From Nitrospirae bacterium UBA4572 (GTDB taxonomy: Bacteria > Nitrospirota > Leptospirillia > Leptospirillales > Leptospirillaceae), in the NCBI GenBank assembly GCA_002387725.1, contig DGKK01000025.1:10400-73592 (forward strand): a stretch of DNA of 63,193 nt. The letters run 5' to 3'. The notes beneath the pieces were generated by a model. It was not told where the DNA came from, ran no database searches, and saw nothing but the letters and a program-made list of their open reading frames with translations. The position numbers were made by a program, and so were the translations under genes. Positions 28,724-37,010 of this stretch are shown one piece after another. The number at the start of each line of letters is the position of its first letter. Position 1 is the stretch's first letter.

Positions 28724-29043
28724 GCCTTCAGTCGTGAAAGCGTTTTTCGCGCCTGAACCATCTGGTCGAGTAGCTGATCGAAGGACGTTGTCAGCGCGGG
28801 ATTCCGGCCCATGATGACATAATAACCCGGAGGGAAACCGTCGGTTAACCGATAGGCTTCCCTGAGGCGTCTCCGGACGCGGTTTCGGAAAACAGCCTTC
28901 CCGATCTTTTTTCCCACGAGTACGCTGAGACGATAGTCGCTGGAATTCTGACATAGAAGGACAAAGGACGAGGAGACAACCTTTATGCCGGGAGATTCGA
29001 TGATGCGCTGGATTTCACCACGGGTAAGCGAGACTGGCTTCAA
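28720..29043 (-). CDS. rnpA: RNase P protein component
   Basis: 107-aa basic ORF (..[20 protein letters not shown]..) between rpmH and yidD. Confidence 0.85.
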   Translation of the reverse strand: MKPVSLTRGEIQRIIESPGIKVVSSSFVLLCQNSSDYRLSVLVGKKIGKAVFRNRVRRRLREAYRLTDGFPPGYYVIMGRNPALTTSFDQLLDQMVQARKTLSRLKA

Positions 29044-29055
29044 TCTCGAGTCGCT

Positions 29056-29190
29056 TTAAACGGAAAGCTTGTAGCGACCCTTTGCCCGTCTTTTTTTGAG
29101 AACTTTTCTCCCGGCTGTTGTGGCCATGCGTTTTCTGAAGCCGTGGGTGCGGGCACGGCGAAGATTGCTGGGATTAAAGGTCAAAGACAT
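29056..29190 (-). CDS. rpmH: 50S ribosomal protein L34
   Basis: Not in the ORF track (44 aa). Own translation: [44 protein letters not shown]. Confidence 0.9.
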   Translation of the reverse strand: MSLTFNPSNLRRARTHGFRKRMATTAGRKVLKKRRAKGRYKLSV

Positions 29191-29220
29191 GAAAAACTCC
29201 TTGTTAAGTTAATCAAAAAA

Positions 29221-29682
29221 TTACTGGGCGGTCTCCGGAACAATCGAGATCTTGAGGGAGGAGTGAATCCCATGACCGAGATTGACGGAGAGAACATGTT
29301 CGCCGAGCTCGCGAAGAGGAGATTCGATATGAATCTGCTTCTTGTCGAGGACCACCTTGTGTTCGGAGAGGAGGTCTACGATATGCATGGTGGTGACAGA
29401 TCCAAAAATCTTGTCGTTTTGTCCCACCTTCACCGGAACGGAAAGAACTAGCTCGGAGAGGGTCTGCGCCAGGTTCTGGAGGCGTTCCTTTTCCTTCTGT
29501 GCCGCCTTCCGGATTTTTTCCTTGTGGACTTCAAGGGCGGCAATTTCCGATTTTCCTGCGAGTACACACAATTGGTTCGGAAGAAGAAAGTTGCGGGCGT
29601 ATCCGGCAGATACAGACACAAGATCACCGGCTTCGCCAAGATTGTCAATTTTCTGTTTTAAGATAACGTTCGTCTTCCCCAT
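29221..29682 (-). CDS. rplI: 50S ribosomal protein L9
   Basis: 153-aa ORF MGKTNVILKQKIDNLGEAGDLVSVSAGYARNFLLPNQL. Confidence 0.93.
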   Translation of the reverse strand: MGKTNVILKQKIDNLGEAGDLVSVSAGYARNFLLPNQLCVLAGKSEIAALEVHKEKIRKAAQKEKERLQNLAQTLSELVLSVPVKVGQNDKIFGSVTTMHIVDLLSEHKVVLDKKQIHIESPLRELGEHVLSVNLGHGIHSSLKISIVPETAQ

Positions 29683-29716
29683 GGCCTCTCCAGATTTTTA
29701 AAAGTTAAACTTCAAT

Positions 29717-29745
29717 AATATAACAGGCGAACAAAGCGAAATCAA
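29717..29745 (-). promoter_or_regulatory. Candidate promoter for rplI-rpmH... (-35 TTGATT, 17 nt, -10 TATATT)
   Basis: Read on the minus strand in the AT-rich divergent spacer between rplI and cbiD. Confidence 0.4.
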
Positions 29746-29864
29746 CGAAAATGACAAGACAATGAAAGTCATGGGAAATTCTGGGCCCGATCCGTTGAAG
29801 AGAGGGAAAGAACGAGGTTACACTCTTAAAAACAGAATCATAGAAGCTAATCTCAGGAGAGCCG

Positions 29865-30971
29865 ATGAGAACAGGCTTTACGACGGGAGCCTGTGCCCAG
29901 GCAGGAGTCAAGGCCTCGCTTGAGGCATTGGTGAGCGGGGCCTTTGCCGAACAAGTCACGATCCGTCTCCCGAATGGGAAGGATGCAAGCTTTTCCATCT
30001 TCCGGGAGATCCATCTCGATGTCGCCCACGAAAGACGGGCGGCTTGCTCCATCATTAAGGATGGAGGGGATGATCCCGACTGCACCCATGGGGCTGAAAT
30101 CGAAATTGACGTCGCCGTGGCTGAAGGAGGCAAGGTTGAGTTTGTTGCCGGGCCAGGGGTGGGCACGATCACAAAGCCTGGACTTTCCCTTGCTGTGGGG
30201 GAACCGGCGATCAATCCCGTCCCCCGACGGTATATGGAAAAAGAGTTCAACGGGATAAAAAAGGCGCTTGAGAAAAAATATAAACTGACCGATGCCGGGG
30301 CAAGAATAAGGATTTCCATTTCGGACGGGGTCGAAAGGGCAAAGAAGACTTTAAATGAGCGATTGGGAATTGAAGGTGGGCTCTCTATCCTCGGCACGAA
30401 GGGAATCGTGGTTCCGTTCAGTACGGCCGCCTATCGCTCAAGCATCTCCCAATCGATGGATGTGGCCAAAGCCCGAGGAATCGAGACAATCGTTCTGACC
30501 ACAGGGGGGCAAAGCGAAGCCTTTGCCATGAAGCTCTACCCGGAAATCCCCCCCGAAGGATTTATCCAGATAGGCGACTTCACGGGGTTCTCGGTCAAGG
30601 AGGCGGGGAAAAAACAATTCCCCCGCATCATCATGGCCGGTTTTTTGGGAAAGTTTTCGAAGCTGGCGAAAGGCGTAACACAGACCCATGCCGCCGGATC
30701 CCAGGTCGATCTCGAATTTTTGGCCTCGCTGGCGCGGCAGACAGGATCCGACGACACCGTATGCCAGCAAATCGTGGCCGCGAATACCGCACGCCACGTT
30801 GGGGAGATCCTTGAGCGGGAAGGGAATCTCTCCTTCTTCTCCTTGCTTTGCTCTAAAATCCTTCACCACGTGGAGAAGCTCTCCCCAAGACCTGCCGTCA
30901 TCGAGGTCCTGATAACGAATTTCGAAGGAAAACTTGTGGGCTCTGCTACCAGCAGCGGGAATGAAAATTGA
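29865..30971 (+). CDS. cbiD: Cobalt-precorrin-5B (C1)-methyltransferase
   Basis: 368-aa ORF starting MRTGFTTGACAQAG, a CbiD hallmark. Confidence 0.92.
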   Translation: MRTGFTTGACAQAGVKASLEALVSGAFAEQVTIRLPNGKDASFSIFREIHLDVAHERRAACSIIKDGGDDPDCTHGAEIEIDVAVAEGGKVEFVAGPGVGTITKPGLSLAVGEPAINPVPRRYMEKEFNGIKKALEKKYKLTDAGARIRISISDGVERAKKTLNERLGIEGGLSILGTKGIVVPFSTAAYRSSISQSMDVAKARGIETIVLTTGGQSEAFAMKLYPEIPPEGFIQIGDFTGFSVKEAGKKQFPRIIMAGFLGKFSKLAKGVTQTHAAGSQVDLEFLASLARQTGSDDTVCQQIVAANTARHVGEILEREGNLSFFSLLCSKILHHVEKLSPRPAVIEVLITNFEGKLVGSATSSGNEN

Positions 30972-31639
30972 ACGGAAATCCAAAGATCTATCTGGTTGGA
31001 GTCGAACCAGAGGGGCCCGATCCAGGGCGTTCTCCTCTCTCCGAACTGATCGGAACAACCCGCCTCGTGATCGGGGGGAGCAGACATCTTGATCCTCTGA
31101 AAGAAATGATGGGGCCGGGGACGGAATGGCTTCGGGTGACCTCCAACATTCCCGAGGTGATCGAAAGACTCGGGCAATTTCTAAAAGAGGGGAAAGCGGG
31201 GGAGACCGCGCTTGTTCTGGCGACGGGAGATCCTCTTTACTATGGGATTGGGGGGGCGATAACAAAGGACCTTCCGGGAGAGTCCTTGGTGGTCATTCCG
31301 GCCGCGACCCTGGTTCAAAGAGCCTTTGCCCTGCTGCGGGAGCCCTGGGAGAAGGTCCATGTGGGAAGTCTTCACAGCAAGAAAGAAAAACCTGAGCTGA
31401 TTCCCGGACGTTGGGCCTTCTATACGGGGGGAAGCAGAGGCCCGGCAGAGGTCTGCCAAATGGTTATGGATCGAGGATTTCAAATTCGGAATGTGGCGAT
31501 ACTGGAAAATATAGGAATGGAAGGGGAGCGGGTCAGGCACTTTCCCCGAATGGACGCAGTCGAAGAACTTCCCGCCGACGTCAAGCCGCTCAATATGGTG
31601 GTCATGACAATAGAAGGAGCGGCAATCCATGAATCATGA
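30968..31639 (+). CDS. cbiE: Cobalt-precorrin-7 (C5)-methyltransferase
   Basis: 223-aa ORF (TTG start overlapping the cbiD stop). Tetrapyrrole methylase pattern ALVLATGDPLYYGIG. Confidence 0.85.
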   Translation: MNGNPKIYLVGVEPEGPDPGRSPLSELIGTTRLVIGGSRHLDPLKEMMGPGTEWLRVTSNIPEVIERLGQFLKEGKAGETALVLATGDPLYYGIGGAITKDLPGESLVVIPAATLVQRAFALLREPWEKVHVGSLHSKKEKPELIPGRWAFYTGGSRGPAEVCQMVMDRGFQIRNVAILENIGMEGERVRHFPRMDAVEELPADVKPLNMVVMTIEGAAIHES

Positions 31640-32234
31640 ATCCCGACTCTTCGGCTTGCCCGAGGAGTCCTTTGTCTTTACCGTGCCCAGAAAAGGGCTG
31701 ATCACCAAAACGGAGACGAGGGTGATCTCCTTGATGAAGCTGGATCTGCGTCCCGGGCAGGTTCTCTGGGATATCGGTGCGGGTTCGGGATCGGTCGGCA
31801 TCGAGGCCGCCCGCCTTGTTCCGGACCTTAAGGTCATTGCTGTCGAAAAAGATCCGGCCGATTATGAGTGCCTGAAAAAAAACATTGAAGCCTTTGGCCT
31901 CGGGGAGAGGATCATCCCAATTTTTGGCAAGGCTCCTGAGGCGCTTTTCCAGGCGGCTCCGCCCGACAGGGTCTTTATCGGAGGATCGGGGGGGCGAATG
32001 GCGGACCTTCTTGACTATTGTCTGGACAAAGGCAACAACGTCGGTATAGTGGCCAATTTTGCAACGATCGAAAACCTTGCCGAGGCTCTTGACTGGGCCA
32101 AAAGGAAAAAAATGACACCCGATATTGTACATCTCCAGGTGGGGCGGGGGGTTCCCATCGTCGGTCTCACAAGGATCGAGGCCCAGAATCCTGTGACCAT
32201 TCTGACGCTCTTCCCTGCCGAGGCTCTCTCGTGA
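31629..32234 (+). CDS. cbiT: Cobalt-precorrin-6B (C15)-methyltransferase (decarboxylating)
   Basis: 201-aa ORF with SAM motif VLWDIGAGSGSVGIEAA. Follows cbiE. Confidence 0.87.
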   Translation: MNHESRLFGLPEESFVFTVPRKGLITKTETRVISLMKLDLRPGQVLWDIGAGSGSVGIEAARLVPDLKVIAVEKDPADYECLKKNIEAFGLGERIIPIFGKAPEALFQAAPPDRVFIGGSGGRMADLLDYCLDKGNNVGIVANFATIENLAEALDWAKRKKMTPDIVHLQVGRGVPIVGLTRIEAQNPVTILTLFPAEALS

Positions 32235-33367
32235 CGACCGTAAGCCAGGAGACGAGACCCCAGGGGATGCGGCTGGCCGTGGCGACAATCACGCGCCCGG
32301 GTCTGCTTGTGGCAGTCCGGATTGCCCGGGAGCATCAGGCGGATCTCTATGTGTCGGAAAAATATTTTTCCCATATCCCTGATGATCTCAAGGAGAGGGC
32401 CAAGGTCTTTGATGGGGTCATCAAAAACCTCCTGCCCGATCTATTTGCCTCGTATGACGGGATCATTCTCATCATGGCCCTGGGGATCGTGGTCCGGTCG
32501 ATTGCCCGTCTGGCGGAAGACAAGACCCGGGATCCTGCCGTTTTGGTGGGGGATGTTCAGGGACGCTTCATGATCAGCGTCCTGTCGGGACACAGTGGAG
32601 GTGCCAACAAGCTGACCGAAGAGATAGCACGAACCACCGGGGCCCTCCCGGTCATCACCACAGGAACCGATGTCTCGCAGACCGTGGCGCCCGACATGAT
32701 CGCCAAGGAAATCGGCGCCGTCCTGACCCCCCACGACAATCTCAAGCGTGTAAGTTCTGCCATAGTCGATGGGGATCCGGTCTTGTTTCTGAATCTTGAC
32801 AAGGTGCCGATCCCGTCCCTTGAGGGGGCAAAAAAGCCAAACATCCTCGTGACGGACATCCTCCCGGCTCCCTTGCCTTCTGTGAGGGCGGGCGTCTACA
32901 TCTCGATCTCGTACACTCTCCCTTCTCTTGGGGGGGGGCCAACGGTGCAGCTCATTCCCCGTTGTCTGGGGATCGGGATCGGGTGCAACCGTGGGACAAG
33001 CTACCAGGAGATCGAAGATCTTTTGAGTGAGGTCATGGATCGGGAAGATTGGCATCCGGAGGCCATACGGGCCTTCGGATCGATCGATCTCAAGAAGGAT
33101 GAAGAGGGCATTCTTCAGCTGGCGGCCCGCAGGGGATTGCCGCTATACTTTTTCTCCCGAAGCCAGCTGGAGGAGGTTCATGTTCCCAATCCTTCGGGGA
33201 TTGTCAAAAAATATGTGGGGACCCCTGCCGTGGCCGAACCGTCGGCATTGCTGGCCCTGCGGATGGCCTCGCCCCCCTGGCCTGGGACGCCGCAATTGGT
33301 CGTTGAAAAGGTCAAGTCGAAAAATGCGACATTGGCCATTGCCCGTTGGACTCCGGAGGCATCTTAA
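32231..33367 (+). CDS. cbiG: Cobalt-precorrin-5A hydrolase
   Basis: 378-aa ORF with CbiG-like N-, middle and C-domains (..VLSGHSGGANKLTEEIA.., ..LGIGIGCNRGT..). Confidence 0.85.
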   Translation: MTTVSQETRPQGMRLAVATITRPGLLVAVRIAREHQADLYVSEKYFSHIPDDLKERAKVFDGVIKNLLPDLFASYDGIILIMALGIVVRSIARLAEDKTRDPAVLVGDVQGRFMISVLSGHSGGANKLTEEIARTTGALPVITTGTDVSQTVAPDMIAKEIGAVLTPHDNLKRVSSAIVDGDPVLFLNLDKVPIPSLEGAKKPNILVTDILPAPLPSVRAGVYISISYTLPSLGGGPTVQLIPRCLGIGIGCNRGTSYQEIEDLLSEVMDREDWHPEAIRAFGSIDLKKDEEGILQLAARRGLPLYFFSRSQLEEVHVPNPSGIVKKYVGTPAVAEPSALLALRMASPPWPGTPQLVVEKVKSKNATLAIARWTPEAS

Positions 33368-33403
33368 GGACATTCATCCAAACAGAAACGGAAAAGAACA
33401 GCC

Positions 33404-34240
33404 ATGACGAAATCATATTTGACGGAATCCTCCCCCGGAAAGGGGGGAAAGCTCTCTTTGGTAGGTTTCGGCCCTGGAGCCGAGGACCATCTCACCCCCA
33501 TTGCCAGAAAGGCCATCGAACGGGCGGACGTGGTGATCGGCTACCGGACCTATATCGATCTTGTTCGTCACCTCGTCAACGGCAAGTCGGTGATCGAGAC
33601 CGGAATGACCGAAGAAATCGACAGGGCGACCCAGGCGGTCGAGCTCGCCTACCAAGGCCAGCATGTCGTTCTTGTCAGCAGCGGTGATGTGGGAATCTAC
33701 GGCATGGCCGGGCTGGCCTTTGAGGTTCTGGGAGAGAAGGGCTGGACGGGAGAAGAGATTGAGGTGAGTGTCCTTCCGGGGATTACCGCCCTTTCTGCCT
33801 GTGCGTCTCTCCTGGGAGCGCCTCTCATGCACGACTTTGCCTCCATCAGCCTTTCCGATCTCCTGACGCCCTGGGAGGTGATCCGGAAGCGCCTTGAGGC
33901 GGCCGCGATGGCGGATTTTGTGGTGGCCCTCTATAACCCCCGTTCATCCAAAAGGGTTCGCCAGGTCGAGGAGGCCCGGGAAATTCTTCTCTCACATCGA
34001 GGGGCCGATACTCCTGTGGGAATCGTCAAGAGCGCCATGCGCGATGGTGAAACTGTGGTGATCACGACACTCGATCATATGCTCGAGCATCCGATCGGAA
34101 TGCTGACCACCATCCTTGTGGGGAATTCCCAGACTCGACTTTTGGCCGGACGGATGGTGACTCCCCGAGGGTATCGGAACAAATACGATCTGGAGACGGG
34201 GGAAAAGATTGCCAAGAAGAAAGGATCCGGCTCGGAATGA
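33404..34240 (+). CDS. cbiH: Cobalt-precorrin-3B (C17)-methyltransferase
   Basis: 278-aa ORF. KLSLVGFGPGAEDHLTPIARKAIERADVVIGYRTYIDL is typical of CbiH/CobJ. Confidence 0.9.
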   Translation: MTKSYLTESSPGKGGKLSLVGFGPGAEDHLTPIARKAIERADVVIGYRTYIDLVRHLVNGKSVIETGMTEEIDRATQAVELAYQGQHVVLVSSGDVGIYGMAGLAFEVLGEKGWTGEEIEVSVLPGITALSACASLLGAPLMHDFASISLSDLLTPWEVIRKRLEAAAMADFVVALYNPRSSKRVRQVEEAREILLSHRGADTPVGIVKSAMRDGETVVITTLDHMLEHPIGMLTTILVGNSQTRLLAGRMVTPRGYRNKYDLETGEKIAKKKGSGSE

Positions 34241-34776
34241 ATGACTCAGAAAAGGAAAAGGGGCTGGTCATCGTCTATACCGGAGACGGGAAGGGAAAGA
34301 CAACAGCGGCCCTTGGGCTCCTTTACCGTGCCTCGGGCTACCGAATGAGAAGCCTGATGATCCAGTTCATGAAGGGGCGGATGCATTCCGGGGAGCGGGA
34401 GGCGGCTACCCGCGATTCCAATGGACTTGTGACGATCGTCCCCCTTGGGGAAGGGTTTACCTGGGAGACGAAGGATGCGGCACGGGACCGCGCTGTGGCC
34501 CAGCAGGCCTTCGAGTATGCCAGGTCGGAAGCGCTCTCGGGGAAGTATGATCTTGTCGTCCTCGATGAAATCAATATCGCGCTTCGTTACAATTATATCG
34601 ATGTTGCCCAGGTTCTGGCGCTTCTTGATGAACGTCCGTTTCACCAAAATATCGTCCTGACCGGTCGAAATGCTCCGGAGGCCCTTCTGGAGCGAGCCGA
34701 TCTGGTAACCGAGATGAAGATGATCAAACATCCCTTTGAGAAAGGGATTCTTGCACGGAAAGGGGTCGACTTTTAA
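34237..34776 (+). CDS. cobO: Cob(I)yrinic acid a,c-diamide adenosyltransferase
   Basis: 179-aa ORF with P-loop-like GLVIVYTGDGKGKTTAALG and LVVLDEI. Confidence 0.9.
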   Translation: MNDSEKEKGLVIVYTGDGKGKTTAALGLLYRASGYRMRSLMIQFMKGRMHSGEREAATRDSNGLVTIVPLGEGFTWETKDAARDRAVAQQAFEYARSEALSGKYDLVVLDEINIALRYNYIDVAQVLALLDERPFHQNIVLTGRNAPEALLERADLVTEMKMIKHPFEKGILARKGVDF

Positions 34777-35330
34777 TGGCACTGCTCAAGATTGCGAAGA
34801 TGGGCAATCCGGTCCTTCGAAAAATTTCCGAGCCGGTCAGCAAGGAAGAAATAGCACGACCGGAATTCCAGCGTTTTCTCGACGATATGATCGAGACGAT
34901 GAAAGATGAGGATGGTCTGGGCCTTGCCGCTCCCCAGGTCCATGTATCAAAACAGGTGGTCATTATAGAGAGTCTCGATGACCCCCGTTCCGAGGATGGT
35001 CCTCCGACACCCCTTCTTGTCCTGATCAACCCGGTCTTCAAATACATGTCCAAGGAGACGCGAACCGGGTGGGAAGGATGCCTCTCCCTCGACAACCTTC
35101 GGGGAAAGGTGACCCGATCGCGGGCGGTCAAGCTCGAAGCCCTTGGGCGAAAGGGCGAGACCATTGTCCTTGATTGGGAAGAATTTCCGGCGGTGGTGCT
35201 GCAACATGAGATCGACCACCTGCGGGGACATCTCTTCGTCGACAGGATGAAGGACATGTCGACACTGACCCATCTTGGTGAGTTCCACCGCTATTGGATC
35301 AAGGGAGAAAAGGACGTCGAGGAGGTTTAG
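34776..35330 (+). CDS. def: Peptide deformylase
   Basis: 184-aa ORF with GLAAPQ, EGCLS and HEIDHL motifs. TAATG overlap with cobO. Confidence 0.95.
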   Translation: MALLKIAKMGNPVLRKISEPVSKEEIARPEFQRFLDDMIETMKDEDGLGLAAPQVHVSKQVVIIESLDDPRSEDGPPTPLLVLINPVFKYMSKETRTGWEGCLSLDNLRGKVTRSRAVKLEALGRKGETIVLDWEEFPAVVLQHEIDHLRGHLFVDRMKDMSTLTHLGEFHRYWIKGEKDVEEV

Positions 35331-35396
35331 TGCGAGAGGCCGATCCCCCCTGGGAGGTCTTGCGGAGGGCAGAGGACGGTCAATGAGAGGGGACGG

Positions 35397-36119
35397 CTAC
35401 CCGAGGTCTGCAAGAAGGGAATAAGTGGCCTCCCGGGGATCCCGAGCGGCAATGATGGGACGTCCGACGACAAGAAGGTCGGATCCCTCGTTCAAGGCCT
35501 CCCGGGGAGATCGGGCATTGAACTGATCATCCCTGGCCCCGATCGGCCCTTGGGGCCGAATCCCTGGAGTCACAAAATAAGGGGTCCCTCCCCAACGTGT
35601 TCGGGCACGGGCAAGCTCCCCCGGAGACATGACAAGTCCATCCGCTCCTGAAGAGAGGGCGACGGATCCCAGACGGGCCACGCCCTCCTCCCGGCTGGGA
35701 TACCCCATCTCCTTCACCTCAACCTCCGTCAAATGGGTCAAGAGAGTGACCGCGATCAGGGCGGGTGGCTCGCTTTCCGAAGCGTCAAGGGCCCTTCGTG
35801 CCGCAGCAATCATCGCCTGTCCTCCCTGGGCATGGATCGTGACCATCCGGATTGCGGGAGAAGGGAGGCGGGAGAGAGTCTCGAAGATGGTGTTGGGGAT
35901 GTCGTGCCATTTGAGGTCGAGAAAGACGGGGATTCCCAGCTCCTCTGCCGTGGAGAGGAAGCTCTCTCCCCAGGAGAGATAGGGAACAGGCCCGCACTTG
36001 ACCATGCCCACCAGGGGGCCAAGATCCCGAAGCAATGCCAGACCCTGTCCCCGATCCGTCAGATCGAGCGCAAGGCAAAGGGGATTTTTGAGCCCCAGCC
36101 TCTCCCTGATTTCCCTCAC
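35397..36119 (-). CDS. pyrF: Orotidine 5'-phosphate decarboxylase
   Basis: PyrF blocks (LCLALDL, FLDLKWHDIPNT, VVGRPI). Start placed at GTG 36119 (GTGA overlap with the prmA stop) instead of the extended ORF start at 36248. Confidence 0.85.
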   Translation of the reverse strand: MREIRERLGLKNPLCLALDLTDRGQGLALLRDLGPLVGMVKCGPVPYLSWGESFLSTAEELGIPVFLDLKWHDIPNTIFETLSRLPSPAIRMVTIHAQGGQAMIAAARRALDASESEPPALIAVTLLTHLTEVEVKEMGYPSREEGVARLGSVALSSGADGLVMSPGELARARTRWGGTPYFVTPGIRPQGPIGARDDQFNARSPREALNEGSDLLVVGRPIIAARDPREATYSLLADLG

Positions 36120-37006
36120 GAGGGGCTCCTTCCCTTGTCGATGACAAAGGTGTCGTAACGCTCTCCCGGAACATTCCGCATTCTCCCCGAAAGCCCTGAC
36201 AGGACCCGGGCCACTGTGTCCGTCTCCTCCTTCGATACCCCGGAGCAAATCATCCGTCCCTTAGGCGACAGCATTTCGTAAAGCATCGGCGTGGTGGAGC
36301 AGAGGATTCCTCCCGTGACATTGGCCAGTATCATGTCAAAGGTAGGCAGGGGAGTCGCGGGAGTAATCTCTTCAAATGCTCCGTACACCAATCCTCGGTC
36401 TTCCATTCCATTGACCCGAAGATTGTGGCGGGTTGCCTCCACGGCATAAGGGTCGTTGTCGATGGCAATTAGTGTCGCCTCTTTCATAATGGTAAGGGCC
36501 GCGACCCCCAGGATCCCCGTTCCGGACCCGAAATCGAGAATCGACCGAGGCTCTTTCGGCCATTGACCGGCCGTCTCCACAATCTGTTCGAGACATCGGA
36601 ATGTCGTTTCGTGCAGACCGGTGCCGAAGGCCATTTGGGGATCGATGCGAACGGTCTCGAGAGCCGGACGATCCTCGGGATCCTCCCATGAGGGAACCAC
36701 CCTTAGGCGTTCTCCCACCGTAAAGCTTTTAAATCCCTGCTCCTTCCAGATCTCCTGCCAATCTTCCTGACGTGCCGACTGGAGGTCTATCGCTGTGGCC
36801 CCGAGGGAGATGAGGGCCGATTCCATCAGAAGCCATTCGGCTGAGGCTGTGTCCGGGGGGACAAAGACGAGTCGGGAGGGATCTCCCTCCTCGATGAGGA
36901 CCGATGATTGGCTGTGGTCGTTCAGCCATTTCAGGAGGTCATCAAGATCCTCGGGGGCGCAAAGGAGGGAGGCATACGTATAGGTGGAGGAAGTGGTCGA
37001 CACCAA
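36116..37006 (-). CDS. prmA: Ribosomal protein L11 methyltransferase
   Basis: PrmA blocks (IDPQMAFGTGLHETT, ILDFGSGTGILG, DMILANV). Start placed at TTG 37006 or GTG 37003, just after the upstream gene stop. The 365-aa ORF in the track is over-extended. Confidence 0.85.
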   Translation of the reverse strand: MVSTTSSTYTYASLLCAPEDLDDLLKWLNDHSQSSVLIEEGDPSRLVFVPPDTASAEWLLMESALISLGATAIDLQSARQEDWQEIWKEQGFKSFTVGERLRVVPSWEDPEDRPALETVRIDPQMAFGTGLHETTFRCLEQIVETAGQWPKEPRSILDFGSGTGILGVAALTIMKEATLIAIDNDPYAVEATRHNLRVNGMEDRGLVYGAFEEITPATPLPTFDMILANVTGGILCSTTPMLYEMLSPKGRMICSGVSKEETDTVARVLSGLSGRMRNVPGERYDTFVIDKGRSPS

Positions 37007-37010
37007 GGCC

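Noticed and set aside
29683-29864. Cobalamin riboswitch upstream of cbiD.
   Set aside because: I read the 182-nt leader on the plus strand. It contains no B12-box or GCCACTG-like core and is AT-rich with little stem potential. A covariance-model scan is still needed to be sure.
29640-29870. oriC in the AT-rich divergent spacer next to rplI/rpmH.
   Set aside because: The position and strand switch are suggestive. However, there are no TTATCCACA/TGTGGATAA-like DnaA boxes (not even CACA/TGTG cores) and no dnaA nearby.
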